Shown one piece after another: positions 29,338 through 39,774 of a DNA stretch of 64,000 nucleotides. The notes beneath the pieces were generated by a model. That model did not search any database, was not told the origin of the DNA, and worked only from the letters and a program-made list of their open reading frames with translations. Location: positions 6,382 through 70,381 of the forward strand of contig OZ251219.1 of NCBI GenBank assembly GCA_965240465.1, given 5' to 3'. Both the position numbers and the translations under genes were made by a program. How positions within the stretch are numbered: the stretch's first letter is position 1; each line of letters starts with the position of its first letter. The stretch comes from a bacterium (GTDB lineage Bacteria > SAR324 > JACQKK01).

Positions 29338-31008
29338 GTGCATTTGCTGAGGCCAGAGATGGAAGCATCATTAGAGCAGAGATTATGCAAGCATTTTGCT
29401 CAAAGACGGCCCGTAGTGCTGATTATATTAGACGGCTGGGGCTTGGGAGATGGAGGATCGGGCGATGCCATACATCTTGCACGTACAACAGCCACTGATG
29501 GCTTAACTGAGCAATATCCGTACACTCAGTTATGGACGCATGGGCCTTATGTAGGCTTACCTACAGAGGGCGATTTGGGTGGATCTGAAGTTGGTCACAT
29601 AACTTTGGGAGCAGGGAGAATTATCCATCAGGGAGCTACACGCATCAAGCAAGCCTTAGCCGAGGGGGAATTTTTTGCTACCGATGCTGCAAAGCATATT
29701 TTTGTCAATTGCATAAAGCATGATAGTGCTCTTCATTTATTGGGATTGCTATCGGACGGGAATGTTCATAGTCATATTGAGCATTTCATGGCTTTTGTGG
29801 ATGAGGCTTCCAAGCGAGGAATCAGGCGATTATATGTACATGCCCTGCTTGATGGTCGTGATGTTCCATATCAATCGGCATTGAAATATATACAAATGAT
29901 GGAGGATAAACTGCGGCGGGTCAGCGGCGAGAATAAAGATTACGCCATTGCCAGTGGTGGAGGGAGGGAACAAATCACGATGGATAGAGACAAGATTTGG
30001 TCACGAGTAGAGCTGGGCTGGCAGACACACGTGCATGGTCAGGCGAAATTACGCGTATCCTGTGCTGAGGAGGCAATTTTAGTTGCACGGAAGCAGCATC
30101 CAAAAATGATAGACCAAGATTTACCTCCCTTTGTGGTGGTACGTAATGGCGAGCCCTTAGGAGCAATGCAAGATGGCGATTCAGTAGTGTTTATGAATTT
30201 TCGCAGCGATAGAGCAATCGAGTTCACCACCGCCATGTTGGCAGATGACTTTAACGGCTTTCAACGGGGAAAACGTCCCAAGGTGGTGTTCGGCGGCATG
30301 ACCACCTATGATGAAGACCTTAACCTTCCTCCTCTTAACATGCAACCTCCTGTGAAGGTCAATAACCCGCTGGGAGACCGCCTCAGGAAGTTAGGACTAA
30401 GGCAGTTTCGGTTAGCAGAGACCCAAAAATTTCCTCATGTCACCTTCTTTTTTAATGGCGGTCGTCGGGAAGCATATCCTGATGAAACCTACACCCTCAT
30501 CCCCTCTGACAAGCTAACTTCATTTATCCAAGCTCCCAAAATGCAAGCAGCCAAGATAGCCCAAGCTGCAACCTCGCTAATCGCCAGTGGGGAATATCAA
30601 TTTGGGCTCGTCAATTTTGCCAATCCAGATATGGTCGGGCATACAGGCGATATATCTGCCGTCAAGCAAGCCGTCCAAGCTACCGATAATGCCCTCGGGC
30701 AAGTCCTGCAAGCCATTGAAAAAGCTGGTGGAACAGCCATCGTTACCGCAGACCACGGCAATGCTGATGAAATGCTGGTGATAAACCCTCGCACCCACCA
30801 ACCAGAACCTAGCACCAAGCACTCGCTAAACCCTGTTCCTCTGTGGCTTTTTGATCCTATTACCAAAAATTCTCAGCGTCCTTATCAGCTACGACCCTGC
30901 CCGCCCGACAACCCCAATACACTGGCTAATATCGCGGCAACTATTTTTATTATGCTAGCTGAAATGCCACCCAATGATCTGCATAACCACCTTTTCATCC
31001 TTAATTGA
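29338..31008 (+). CDS. gpmI: 2,3-bisphosphoglycerate-independent phosphoglycerate mutase
   Basis: ILDGWG, GSEVGH, LSDGNVHSH, DGRD, NFRSDR, AETQKFPHVTFF, NPDMVGHTG, ADHGN. Confidence 0.97.
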   Translation: MHLLRPEMEASLEQRLCKHFAQRRPVVLIILDGWGLGDGGSGDAIHLARTTATDGLTEQYPYTQLWTHGPYVGLPTEGDLGGSEVGHITLGAGRIIHQGATRIKQALAEGEFFATDAAKHIFVNCIKHDSALHLLGLLSDGNVHSHIEHFMAFVDEASKRGIRRLYVHALLDGRDVPYQSALKYIQMMEDKLRRVSGENKDYAIASGGGREQITMDRDKIWSRVELGWQTHVHGQAKLRVSCAEEAILVARKQHPKMIDQDLPPFVVVRNGEPLGAMQDGDSVVFMNFRSDRAIEFTTAMLADDFNGFQRGKRPKVVFGGMTTYDEDLNLPPLNMQPPVKVNNPLGDRLRKLGLRQFRLAETQKFPHVTFFFNGGRREAYPDETYTLIPSDKLTSFIQAPKMQAAKIAQAATSLIASGEYQFGLVNFANPDMVGHTGDISAVKQAVQATDNALGQVLQAIEKAGGTAIVTADHGNADEMLVINPRTHQPEPSTKHSLNPVPLWLFDPITKNSQRPYQLRPCPPDNPNTLANIAATIFIMLAEMPPNDLHNHLFILN

Positions 31009-31027
31009 TAAAATAGGAGGCGTATAC

Positions 31028-31807
31028 ATGAATATCCTTGCTGGATTCTCACCGTTGTTTCTTAAGAATTCTTCCCTTACTCATATCACCCCTAAAAAAC
31101 CCATCCACCTTGATTTTACCGAAACACTCTTCAACCAACAACAAAACCTCTCCAATCTGTCCCATGGCTACCTGGGCAGAGGCATCGTACAGGGGCTGGC
31201 TACCGATGGACAACATGCCCTCCAAGTTTATTGGCTGATGGGTCGCAGCCCCAGTAGTAAGGCACGTCGTCTGATAATTGAAAAAAATAAGCTGCTTATC
31301 CAAGCAACAGGCAAAGCCGAACTCAAAAACCCCGAACTATTGCTTTATACCGCCATGAATAGCTGTAAAAAACACTGGATTGTTTCCAACGGTCAGCACA
31401 CGGAATTACTCGTCCAAGCGGCACAGAAAAATACTCACCCCCTCACCGCCATCTACACCCTACAGCCCGAACCCGATGAACATCTCACCCCACGCATCGC
31501 CGCAGGCATAACCCCAGAAAAATCATGCTGGCTTGCTATCGTCCAGCAAGGAAAACACCGCACCTTCACTTATCCTCTACAACCCCAATCTGCATTCGGA
31601 ATCCACACCTATCAACCTCCAACTACTCAACCCCTGACCCCTTTCTCCAAACTGCCACTACCCTTGCCTCTCCTAAATCCCCAAGAGACCGCCAATTCAT
31701 ACTGGCAACACCTTAACCCGAAAACACGCATTGCTCTCGCAGTACGTAGCATTAACCTTGAAAAACAAACCTGCCAATTCTACCTCCCAACTGATACCCA
31801 ACCTTGA
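31028..31807 (+). CDS. IMP cyclohydrolase-like (PurO-type/Ntn-fold) protein
   Basis: YLGRGIVQG, VYWLMGRS.SS, PELLLY, IVSNGQHT, EPD..TPRIA; AGGAGG RBS before 31028. Confidence 0.75.
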   Translation: MNILAGFSPLFLKNSSLTHITPKKPIHLDFTETLFNQQQNLSNLSHGYLGRGIVQGLATDGQHALQVYWLMGRSPSSKARRLIIEKNKLLIQATGKAELKNPELLLYTAMNSCKKHWIVSNGQHTELLVQAAQKNTHPLTAIYTLQPEPDEHLTPRIAAGITPEKSCWLAIVQQGKHRTFTYPLQPQSAFGIHTYQPPTTQPLTPFSKLPLPLPLLNPQETANSYWQHLNPKTRIALAVRSINLEKQTCQFYLPTDTQP

Positions 31808-31858
31808 CAAAACCTTGACAACAATGGTGAATATTGTTAGCATCCAGAAAAATCCTCA

Positions 31859-32338
31859 GTGGAGAGTATGGGACAAAAAGCATCAAAAAATCACTCTAAG
31901 CCTTCGCTCTGGAGGCTATCGGGAAGAAGAGTCCGACTGTCTTATTTGGGATGGAGCTTCTTAATCGGACTGGTTGCGGTCTTGATTGCTTTTTCGCTTG
32001 ATGCCCTTTTTTTCCTCTTAATTGGTGGTCGGGCATTAGACTTTGCTGTGCTAATAGGCGAAGACCCTAGTATTTTCTTTAAGCTACTACTTGTTCCATC
32101 TTATTGGCTACAAATTTGCGTTTCGGCTCAGCGTTGCCAAGACATTGGTTGGCACAAAAAGTGGGCGTTCTTGCATTTGCCTTACTATGTTACTTACACC
32201 TTCGGTATCAGCCAGATTGCCGCTACCATCTTCAGTATTGTTGGTTTAATCCTTTGGCTAATTCTGATTTTCAAAGCTGGTGATAAAAGCAACAATCGTT
32301 ATGGACCTCCGCCAGCAAAGCTGAGGAAAGCAGAATAA
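31859..32338 (+). CDS. DUF805 membrane protein
   Basis: SGR..RLSY, QRCQDIGW, GDKSNNRYGPPP. Confidence 0.8.
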   Translation: MESMGQKASKNHSKPSLWRLSGRRVRLSYLGWSFLIGLVAVLIAFSLDALFFLLIGGRALDFAVLIGEDPSIFFKLLLVPSYWLQICVSAQRCQDIGWHKKWAFLHLPYYVTYTFGISQIAATIFSIVGLILWLILIFKAGDKSNNRYGPPPAKLRKAE

Positions 32339-32370
32339 GCAAGGTTCACACCTAGCAGATTAGCGGTCAC

Positions 32371-32432
32371 TAATTAGGAGTACTATTAGGAATTACTAAT
32401 TAGGAATTACTTATTAGGAATTACTAATTAGG
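32371..32432. repeat. ~13-bp tandem repeat (TTAGGAATTACTA) x4-5 overlapping the lon stop
   Basis: Seen in sequence. Confidence 0.85.
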
Positions 32433-34886
32433 ATTGGCAGGCACAGCTGTGTAAGGCTTAGATTGCTTGATTTGCTCTAATTTTTGCAGATCTAGTGCTA
32501 TCTCTGTAGAACTGAGGGACTGTGGCTGGCGTGTAAGGGCTATTGGTATAAGTTCGTCAAAGCGTTGGATGGGGATGATATTGATGTCATCTGTAATTTC
32601 TGCGGGGATGTCTTGCAAGTCTTTTTTGTTGTCGGCAGGGATGATAACGGTTTTGATATGGCTACGCTTGGCTGCCAATAGTTTATTTTTAATGCCTCCT
32701 ACTTGGAGAATATTTCCTCGCAGAGTCATTTCGCCTGTCATGGCGACATCGTGTTTAACCGGTATTTTAGTCAGTGCACTCAACAGAGATGTCACTAGGG
32801 TAATGCCAGCAGAAGGGCCGTCTTTGGGAATGGCACCTTCGGGCAAATGGATGTGGAGGTCTGATTCTTTGAGGTACGAGCTCCAGATTCCAAATCTGTC
32901 AGCATAAGCCCGGATGTAGCTGATGGCGATTTCGGCAGATTCTTTCATCACATCACCCAGTTGCCCGGTGATGCGTCTTTTTCCAGATCCTGGCATCAGC
33001 TTGACTTCAGTGAGTATTATCTCTCCACCGTCTGGAGTAACACCTAGGCCATTGGTGATACCCACTTCGTTTTTGCGGTCGCGATTGGCAGCGCGATACT
33101 TGGGGACACCGAGGTGCTTATGTAAGTTTTTAGAAGTGATAGGAGCGATTTTATTGCTGTCTGTTTTAACAATACGGGTCACTATTTTGCGGAATATTTT
33201 TGACATTTCTCGTTCTAGGTTTCTTACTCCTGCTTCACGAGTGTAGTCGCGGACAACACTAAGGATGGCATCTTTGCTGAGTTGGATGTGTTCATCTTTA
33301 AGGCCGTGCGAAATAAGTAGTTTATTTTCCAGATGATTTTTAGCGATTTGGACTTTTTCAAGTTCGGTATATCCAGAGAACTTAACTACTTCCATGCGGT
33401 CTAACAGGGGAGCAACAACGGTTTGAGTAGTATTGGCGGTGCAGATGAACAAAATTTGGGAGAGGTCATATTCCAGTTCAATGTAATGGTCCACGAATGA
33501 TTGATTTTGTTCAGGGTCTAGTACTTCCAGTAGGGCGGATGAGGGATCCCCCATGATGCTGGAATAGAGTTTATCTATCTCATCTAGCAGAATGACTGCA
33601 TTTTTGCTACCTGCCTTTTTCACTGCTTGTATAATTTTTCCAGGCATAGCACCAATGTAAGTACGGCGGTGACCACGAATCTCAGCCTCATCACGAATAC
33701 CGCCCAGACTCATCCTCACAAATTTTCTTCCCAAGGCACGAGCAATGGAACATCCCATAGAGGTCTTCCCCACCCCCGGAGGACCCACAAAGCAAAGGAT
33801 GGGACCCTTTATTTTGCCTCGCAATTTGTTCACAGCCATGTATTCCAGCACGCGTTCTTTCACTTTTTCCAGTCCGTAGTGATCAGCTTCCAGTATTTCT
33901 TGAGATGCTTGCAGATCAAATTTCTGCTTGCTTCGTGGTAATTGCCAGGGCAAAGATACCAGCCAATCTAAGTAATTTCGCACCACGCTAGCCTCTGCAG
34001 ACAAGGGGGGCATCAAGCGTAGTTTCCGTAATTCGCGTTCGGCTGTTTCGCGGATGCTTTTGGACATCTTAGCAGCTTTGATTTGTTCTCCTATTTCCTC
34101 AAAATCTTCTTGCACTTCAGATCCATGTCCTAATTCGTTCTGAATGTTGCGTAGCTGTTCATTCAAGAATTCATTCTTTTGCTTTTTACCAATGTTATCG
34201 CGTACCTGACTGCGTAGCTTCTTTTGCATTTCAAGCACTATAGATTCTTGCTTTACAGCTTTAAGCACCATCTGCAAACGATTATAAACATCGTTCTCCT
34301 TAAGAATTTGCTGCTTTAGATCCTGATCACACACCAACAAAGGTGCTAGTCTATCCGCCAGCTGGGCAGGGGGATAATCCAACAATAAATCTATATCAAT
34401 CTCTTTGTTACTGCGATTGGCATCTAAATAGCGTCGTGCTACCTCCTTAGTCTCCACTGCCAGCTTTTCCAGAGCCTTCTCATCCCTGATAACCTCCTTT
34501 AACAAACGTACTTCTGCGTGATAACTATCACCATCAGAATCCATCCTCACCAATCCTGCCCGCTGATGAGCTTCAAACAAGGCTTTTAAATTTTTATTAG
34601 GCAGACGCATCACCTGCAATACCACCCCTACCACGCCCACAGAAAATAAATCCTCCCGACGAGGATTATCATTGGTAGCATCGTTTTGGGTCACTACAAA
34701 TATTCGCTTGTCGCCAGATAGTGCTTCTTCCACAGCTTCTATAGAAAGCTTACGCCCAATATAAAAAGGGGCATTCGTACCAGGATAAATCACATCCTTA
34801 CGCACGGGTAGCATGGGCATACGCAGAATTTCTTTGCTGATACTCTCTTTGCTCATTAGATCTCTAGATCGTAGCCCGATGTGCAT
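32424..34886 (-). CDS. lon: ATP-dependent protease La (likely start 34856)
   Basis: DHYGLEKVKER, GPPGVGKT, RGHRRTYIGA, PKDGPSAG. Confidence 0.98.
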   Translation of the reverse strand: MHIGLRSRDLMSKESISKEILRMPMLPVRKDVIYPGTNAPFYIGRKLSIEAVEEALSGDKRIFVVTQNDATNDNPRREDLFSVGVVGVVLQVMRLPNKNLKALFEAHQRAGLVRMDSDGDSYHAEVRLLKEVIRDEKALEKLAVETKEVARRYLDANRSNKEIDIDLLLDYPPAQLADRLAPLLVCDQDLKQQILKENDVYNRLQMVLKAVKQESIVLEMQKKLRSQVRDNIGKKQKNEFLNEQLRNIQNELGHGSEVQEDFEEIGEQIKAAKMSKSIRETAERELRKLRLMPPLSAEASVVRNYLDWLVSLPWQLPRSKQKFDLQASQEILEADHYGLEKVKERVLEYMAVNKLRGKIKGPILCFVGPPGVGKTSMGCSIARALGRKFVRMSLGGIRDEAEIRGHRRTYIGAMPGKIIQAVKKAGSKNAVILLDEIDKLYSSIMGDPSSALLEVLDPEQNQSFVDHYIELEYDLSQILFICTANTTQTVVAPLLDRMEVVKFSGYTELEKVQIAKNHLENKLLISHGLKDEHIQLSKDAILSVVRDYTREAGVRNLEREMSKIFRKIVTRIVKTDSNKIAPITSKNLHKHLGVPKYRAANRDRKNEVGITNGLGVTPDGGEIILTEVKLMPGSGKRRITGQLGDVMKESAEIAISYIRAYADRFGIWSSYLKESDLHIHLPEGAIPKDGPSAGITLVTSLLSALTKIPVKHDVAMTGEMTLRGNILQVGGIKNKLLAAKRSHIKTVIIPADNKKDLQDIPAEITDDINIIPIQRFDELIPIALTRQPQSLSSTEIALDLQKLEQIKQSKPYTAVPANPN

Positions 34887-35184
34887 AATCAGCTAGATGG
34901 ATTACCATCTCGCTGGCTATATTTATACAAAGCCTCCGCCTTTATTAGACCCTAAATTCTGCTATATGGCAAGGCATATCAACATTTGTCTTGCATATGG
35001 TTAGAAACACCCCCATTCTGAGAGATTTTTTCAATAAAGCCTTATTTAACTCAAACGGTATGGCAAAGGAGTAGATAGAGTGGCATACTAGCAGTAAAAA
35101 TTAACCGAGGATTCTCATCCACCGAATACCATCGGTCCCATTAAAGTAACCCCACGTATTCTGATCACCAGACTGATAATTGCA

Positions 35185-36099
35185 ATGCCTACCAAAAATA
35201 CCCGCCGAAAAAGTAAAATACAAAAAAACACGCTAAAAAAAACCGAGTCCAAAGGTAGAGTAACCTCTAAAAAAGTACCCTCTAAACCCACTACCCCAAA
35301 AAAATCACTCAAGAAAAATACTGCCCCTCCCGTGGGCATCATTGCCGATAAATCACTCAAGAAAAATACTGCCCCTCCCGTGGGCATAATTGCTGATGCT
35401 GCCAAGCAGTTACTACCCAAGGCCAAAGCAGGTGATACCCAGGCACAACATGATTTAGGTATTCTTTACTATTTGGGAGAAGGAGGACTATTTAAAGACC
35501 CGCGTCAGGCTGCAAAATGGCTACGACAAGCTGCCGAACAGGGACATGTTAGTGCTCAACAAAAGATGGGGCTGCTTCACGACAGCGGACAGGGAGTCCC
35601 CTTAGACCGCAAACAAGCCGTTTTCTGGTACGAAAAAGCCGCCGCTCAGGGAGAAACTTCAGCCCAAATTCGCTTGGGCATGTTGCGTCACAACGATCGC
35701 GATGTTCCTCCCGATCATAAAGCAGCTGTTGCCCTTTATCAAGCAGCCGCAGAGCAAAACGTACCTGAAGCACAATTCAACCTGGGACTACTACATGAGC
35801 AAGGAATCGGCGTTCCTCAAAGTTATTCCACAGCTGCAAAATGGTATCTTCACTCAGCCCTACAGGGATTTCCCCTTGCTCAACACAATCTGGGTGCCAT
35901 GTTCTTTGAAGGCCGAGGAGTAATAAAAAATAACACCCAAGCCTTCGTTTGGTTGGAACTCGCCGCCGCTCAAAAAGATGACAAATCCATCTGGCTAAAA
36001 AACGTTCTACTTAAAGTAATCACTGATGAAGAACTCGCTGAAGCACAAAACCTGATCAAAAAAATGCTGTCTAGCCCAAAACATACCGATAAACAATAA
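35185..36099 (+). CDS. Sel1-like repeat protein with basic N-tail containing a 48-bp duplication
   Basis: AQHDLGILY, AAEQGHVSAQ, AQFNLG, AQHNLG; KSLKKNTAPPVGIIAD x2. Confidence 0.9.
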   Translation: MPTKNTRRKSKIQKNTLKKTESKGRVTSKKVPSKPTTPKKSLKKNTAPPVGIIADKSLKKNTAPPVGIIADAAKQLLPKAKAGDTQAQHDLGILYYLGEGGLFKDPRQAAKWLRQAAEQGHVSAQQKMGLLHDSGQGVPLDRKQAVFWYEKAAAQGETSAQIRLGMLRHNDRDVPPDHKAAVALYQAAAEQNVPEAQFNLGLLHEQGIGVPQSYSTAAKWYLHSALQGFPLAQHNLGAMFFEGRGVIKNNTQAFVWLELAAAQKDDKSIWLKNVLLKVITDEELAEAQNLIKKMLSSPKHTDKQ

Positions 36100-36202
36100 T
36101 AAGCCACTATTATTTTTTCCACATTTCGTGTATAGTTAACATGGGGGTAAGTACAGCGGATTTTTCCTTTCCGTGATTCTGATTTAGCTTTATGACTACA
36201 AA

Positions 36203-37453
36203 ATGAAAGTATCTTTCGGACTGCAATTTGTGTTTTTGGCTGTTGGTTGTTTGGCTCTGGTATCCTGTGATTCAGCTCCTAAAGAAGATGAGAACATTAT
36301 ATCTATTGAGGTAGTTCCTCCTGACGTTACCAATAGTTACCTAAAGGATGTTTCCGATATTTCTGTTGGCAATAGCCATAGCTGTGCAATATCAGACGGA
36401 AAGTTATTTTGCTGGGGTCTGGGTAATGATGGTCAATTGGGTAAAAAAAACAACCTCAGTAGCAAAAAACCTACCCACGTAAAGTGGGACGTAAATAATA
36501 TAGAAGTAAATTTTGTCAATGCCAGTGCCATAGAAGCTGCAGGATCCAGTAGCTGTGCTTTGCGAAACGGTGTTGCCTTCTGCTGGGGTAGTAATAATGA
36601 CAGCCAATTGGGAGATGGTTCCGTTGACAACCACAATACACCAACCATGGTTGGCGGACTGACCACAGGAATTACTAACATCACTATCGGAAGGCAACAT
36701 GGATGTGCCATAGAAAATGGTGGTGTTAAATGCTGGGGCAGTAACACTTATTCTCAAATTGGAGACGGCACTTCTAGTAGACGTAGCACCCCAGTAAGTG
36801 TTACTGATACTAACCTCGGCAATGCTGTTATGATCTCCGCAGGATACTTGCACACCTGTGCCATCTCAAATGGAAGGATATATTGCTGGGGACGCGGTCA
36901 AGAAGGCCAGCTGGGTGATGGCACTATTAATGACCGCTCCTTCCCAGTGAGTGTTAGTGGTAACGGATCTTTTAGCCTAGTTTCCGCAGGAGAAAAGCAC
37001 ACCTGTGCTATTAAAAATGGAGGTGCTTATTGCTGGGGAAACGGTACAAAAGGACGTCTGGGAGACAACAATAATGAAGCCTCTTCACCCTCACCTGTAG
37101 AAGTCAGCGACTCAGAAGAAGATATAAATATGCAGAGCGGAATCACTCATATTTCTGCCAGCAAAGAATATTCCTGTGCTGTCGCATCTGGTGCCCTCCT
37201 CTGCTGGGGACGAGGTACAGAAGGTCAGTTGGGAAATAATTCCACCGAAAATAGCCTGATTCCGGTAAAAGTATTGGGACTAAACACGGGTGTAACAGCC
37301 GTAGCAACAGGTGATAACAGTGCCTGTGCTGTCAAGATGGGATATGTCTGGTGCTGGGGTGCGGGTGCCCAAGGACAACTGGGTAATAACCTTAAAAGAA
37401 ATTCTCTCATCCCAGTGGCAGTGATTACCCCTACCAACGATATTTTGCCGTAA
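36203..37453 (+). CDS. RCC1-repeat beta-propeller lipoprotein
   Basis: LVSC lipobox; about 7 HxCA...CWG....GQLG repeats. Confidence 0.9.
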   Translation: MKVSFGLQFVFLAVGCLALVSCDSAPKEDENIISIEVVPPDVTNSYLKDVSDISVGNSHSCAISDGKLFCWGLGNDGQLGKKNNLSSKKPTHVKWDVNNIEVNFVNASAIEAAGSSSCALRNGVAFCWGSNNDSQLGDGSVDNHNTPTMVGGLTTGITNITIGRQHGCAIENGGVKCWGSNTYSQIGDGTSSRRSTPVSVTDTNLGNAVMISAGYLHTCAISNGRIYCWGRGQEGQLGDGTINDRSFPVSVSGNGSFSLVSAGEKHTCAIKNGGAYCWGNGTKGRLGDNNNEASSPSPVEVSDSEEDINMQSGITHISASKEYSCAVASGALLCWGRGTEGQLGNNSTENSLIPVKVLGLNTGVTAVATGDNSACAVKMGYVWCWGAGAQGQLGNNLKRNSLIPVAVITPTNDILP

Positions 37454-37682
37454 TACTTCGCTTTTTCTGGGTTTCAAAAAGATGTTAACCCTTGATGAAA
37501 GCCGTAGATAAAGCAAAATTCCCTCTTCATCAATAATCATCATTTGCTAGGAACAGCCTCTTTCTGTAGGCACTACCATTTTTAGCAAACAATTCACTGA
37601 AATTGCTCTTGTAAAAAGGGTTCGGGATGAGGTAACTTTGGTCTGGTTGGGTAGTTGAGTTTATTTATTAAGGAGCTGTTAA

Positions 37683-38102
37683 ATGTTGCGTGTATTATTG
37701 GCATGCCTTTGTTGGGGATTATTCTTAGAAGATGCCCACGCCTTATTAGGTTCTGGAACAGGTGGTGGCGGTGCATTGGCACAGTTTATCCCGCTTATAC
37801 TAATTTTCGGGATATTTTGGTTTTTGATTATCCGTCCTCAGCAAAAACGCTTGCGTGAACATAGACGCTTAGTAGACGAACTGAAGATAGGCGACAGAAT
37901 TTGGACTGATGGCGGCATTCAGGGTGTAATAAAACAAATATCTGCAGATGAGATGACCTTGGAGATTGCTCCTAAGGTATTGGTAAAAATGAAGCGGGGT
38001 CGTGCCTCGGAACGGTTGGGAGCATCTAAGACAGCAAGCAAGCAAGAAGTTACTAAAAGTACTGCTAAAACTACCAAAAAGAAGGTTTCTAAGAGGAAAT
38101 GA
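37683..38102 (+). CDS. yajC: Preprotein translocase subunit YajC
   Basis: FWFLIIRPQQKR...LKIGDRIWT.GGI.G. Confidence 0.95.
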   Translation: MLRVLLACLCWGLFLEDAHALLGSGTGGGGALAQFIPLILIFGIFWFLIIRPQQKRLREHRRLVDELKIGDRIWTDGGIQGVIKQISADEMTLEIAPKVLVKMKRGRASERLGASKTASKQEVTKSTAKTTKKKVSKRK

Positions 38103-38148
38103 TAAAGCCCGCGATAAACATCCATGAACGGCATACGAGGGCTTAGTA

Positions 38149-39714
38149 ATGAGCTTGAGATTGAGGGGGGGAATAATAATTGGTGTCCTGCTGGCGAGTG
38201 CTCTTGCGTTGTGGCCTAGTGTGCGTGCTTATCTGCTGGAAGAGGATGCTTCCAAGATAAAGAATCGGGTCGTTCTCGGCTTGGATTTGCAGGGGGGTAT
38301 GTTCTTGGATTTAGAGGTAGATTCAGATAGTGCAGTAGAAAGAACCTTAGACAGGCTCGCGGTAGAGTTGGAAGATTTACTGCTGGATGGGTTGGTAGAC
38401 TATGTCTCTTTGGACAGGGTGCCTTTTGGAGTTGAGGTAACCTTGGAAAAAGGAGAAGTAGTAGATTTAGAAGAAGAACAATTGTCACGCCTGTTATCAG
38501 AATATGAGGTGGATAAGGTTAATGAACGGATAATAGTAAAAATAAAACCTGAAGACGCAGAGAGAATAAAGAAGGTAGCTGCTGAGCAAGCCCTGGAGGT
38601 ACTGCGTAATCGGATTGACTCATTGGGAGTGACTGAGCCATCACTGCGAAGCCATGGCAAACAAGGACTAATCGTACAGCTGCCCGGCCTAAAAGATAGA
38701 GATGCTGCTCTGAATGCGATCGGTGCCCAAGCTGTTTTGGAATTTCATTTGGTGGAAAGCCGAGTTTCCACAGAGTACGCAAATGAAAGCCTCCATTTGG
38801 TGAAGGAGCTGGTTATAAAAAATTCCCGCGGGGAGGAAGTAAGCAAAGAACAACTAGTACTACAAAAGCGTCCAATCTTATCAGGAGAAACAATCCGCGA
38901 TGCACGCGTACAAATAAGCACTCTGGATAATCAACCTTATGTGTCCATTTCCTTTGATGACGAAGGAAGACGCCGTTTTAGCAAGGTGACTGGTAGCAAT
39001 ATCGGTCGCCGTTTGGCTATTGTCTTGGATGACAAAATACAATCCGCACCCTCCATCAGAGAAGCCATCACTGGTGGTGAAGCCCAAATCACCGGCAATT
39101 TCACCCTGCCAGAAGCTACCAACCTCGCTATTGTACTACGCTCAGGAGCATTACCTGCCCCGCTTTCTATCAGTGAGGAACGCACCGTGGGAGCATCTCT
39201 GGGCGAAGACTCCGTCCGTCAGGGACTAACTGCCCTTGCTATCGGCATGCTACTGATGGTTGGATTTATGTGCTTCTACTATCGCCAAGCGGGAATATTT
39301 GCCTCGCTGGCGTTGGTATTTAATCTGATATTGCTACTGGCAGCCTTAGCCTTATTTCAAGCTACCCTCACCCTACCAGGAATTGCCGGAATTGTGCTTA
39401 CCATGGGCATGTCGGTGGATGCCAATGTACTGATTTTTGAACGCATAAGGGAAGAACTTCCACAAGCTCGTAGCATCCACGCCGCAGTGAGAAAAGGCTT
39501 CGCAACCGCGTTCTGGACTATCTTTGATGCCAACATTACTACTCTAATAGCCGCTTTGGCTTTACTCACTTTCGGCACCGGACCAATTAAAGGCTTCGCG
39601 GTAACTATCTCTGCTGGCATTCTGGCTAGCATGTTCACAGCTGTCTTCTTTACCCGTTTTCTGTTTGAACTGGTTCAATTACGCTCTGCCAAAATAACAA
39701 AATTATCCATCTAA
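38149..39714 (+). CDS. secD: Protein translocase subunit SecD
   Basis: LGLDLQGG, RNRIDSLGVTEP, LRSGALPAP, VDANVLIFERIREE. Confidence 0.97.
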   Translation: MSLRLRGGIIIGVLLASALALWPSVRAYLLEEDASKIKNRVVLGLDLQGGMFLDLEVDSDSAVERTLDRLAVELEDLLLDGLVDYVSLDRVPFGVEVTLEKGEVVDLEEEQLSRLLSEYEVDKVNERIIVKIKPEDAERIKKVAAEQALEVLRNRIDSLGVTEPSLRSHGKQGLIVQLPGLKDRDAALNAIGAQAVLEFHLVESRVSTEYANESLHLVKELVIKNSRGEEVSKEQLVLQKRPILSGETIRDARVQISTLDNQPYVSISFDDEGRRRFSKVTGSNIGRRLAIVLDDKIQSAPSIREAITGGEAQITGNFTLPEATNLAIVLRSGALPAPLSISEERTVGASLGEDSVRQGLTALAIGMLLMVGFMCFYYRQAGIFASLALVFNLILLLAALALFQATLTLPGIAGIVLTMGMSVDANVLIFERIREELPQARSIHAAVRKGFATAFWTIFDANITTLIAALALLTFGTGPIKGFAVTISAGILASMFTAVFFTRFLFELVQLRSAKITKLSI

Positions 39715-39774
39715 CTTGAACCCAAACCTTCTTTTAAGTCCTCGCTCGGCAAATCCTAATCTCTACCTACTGCC

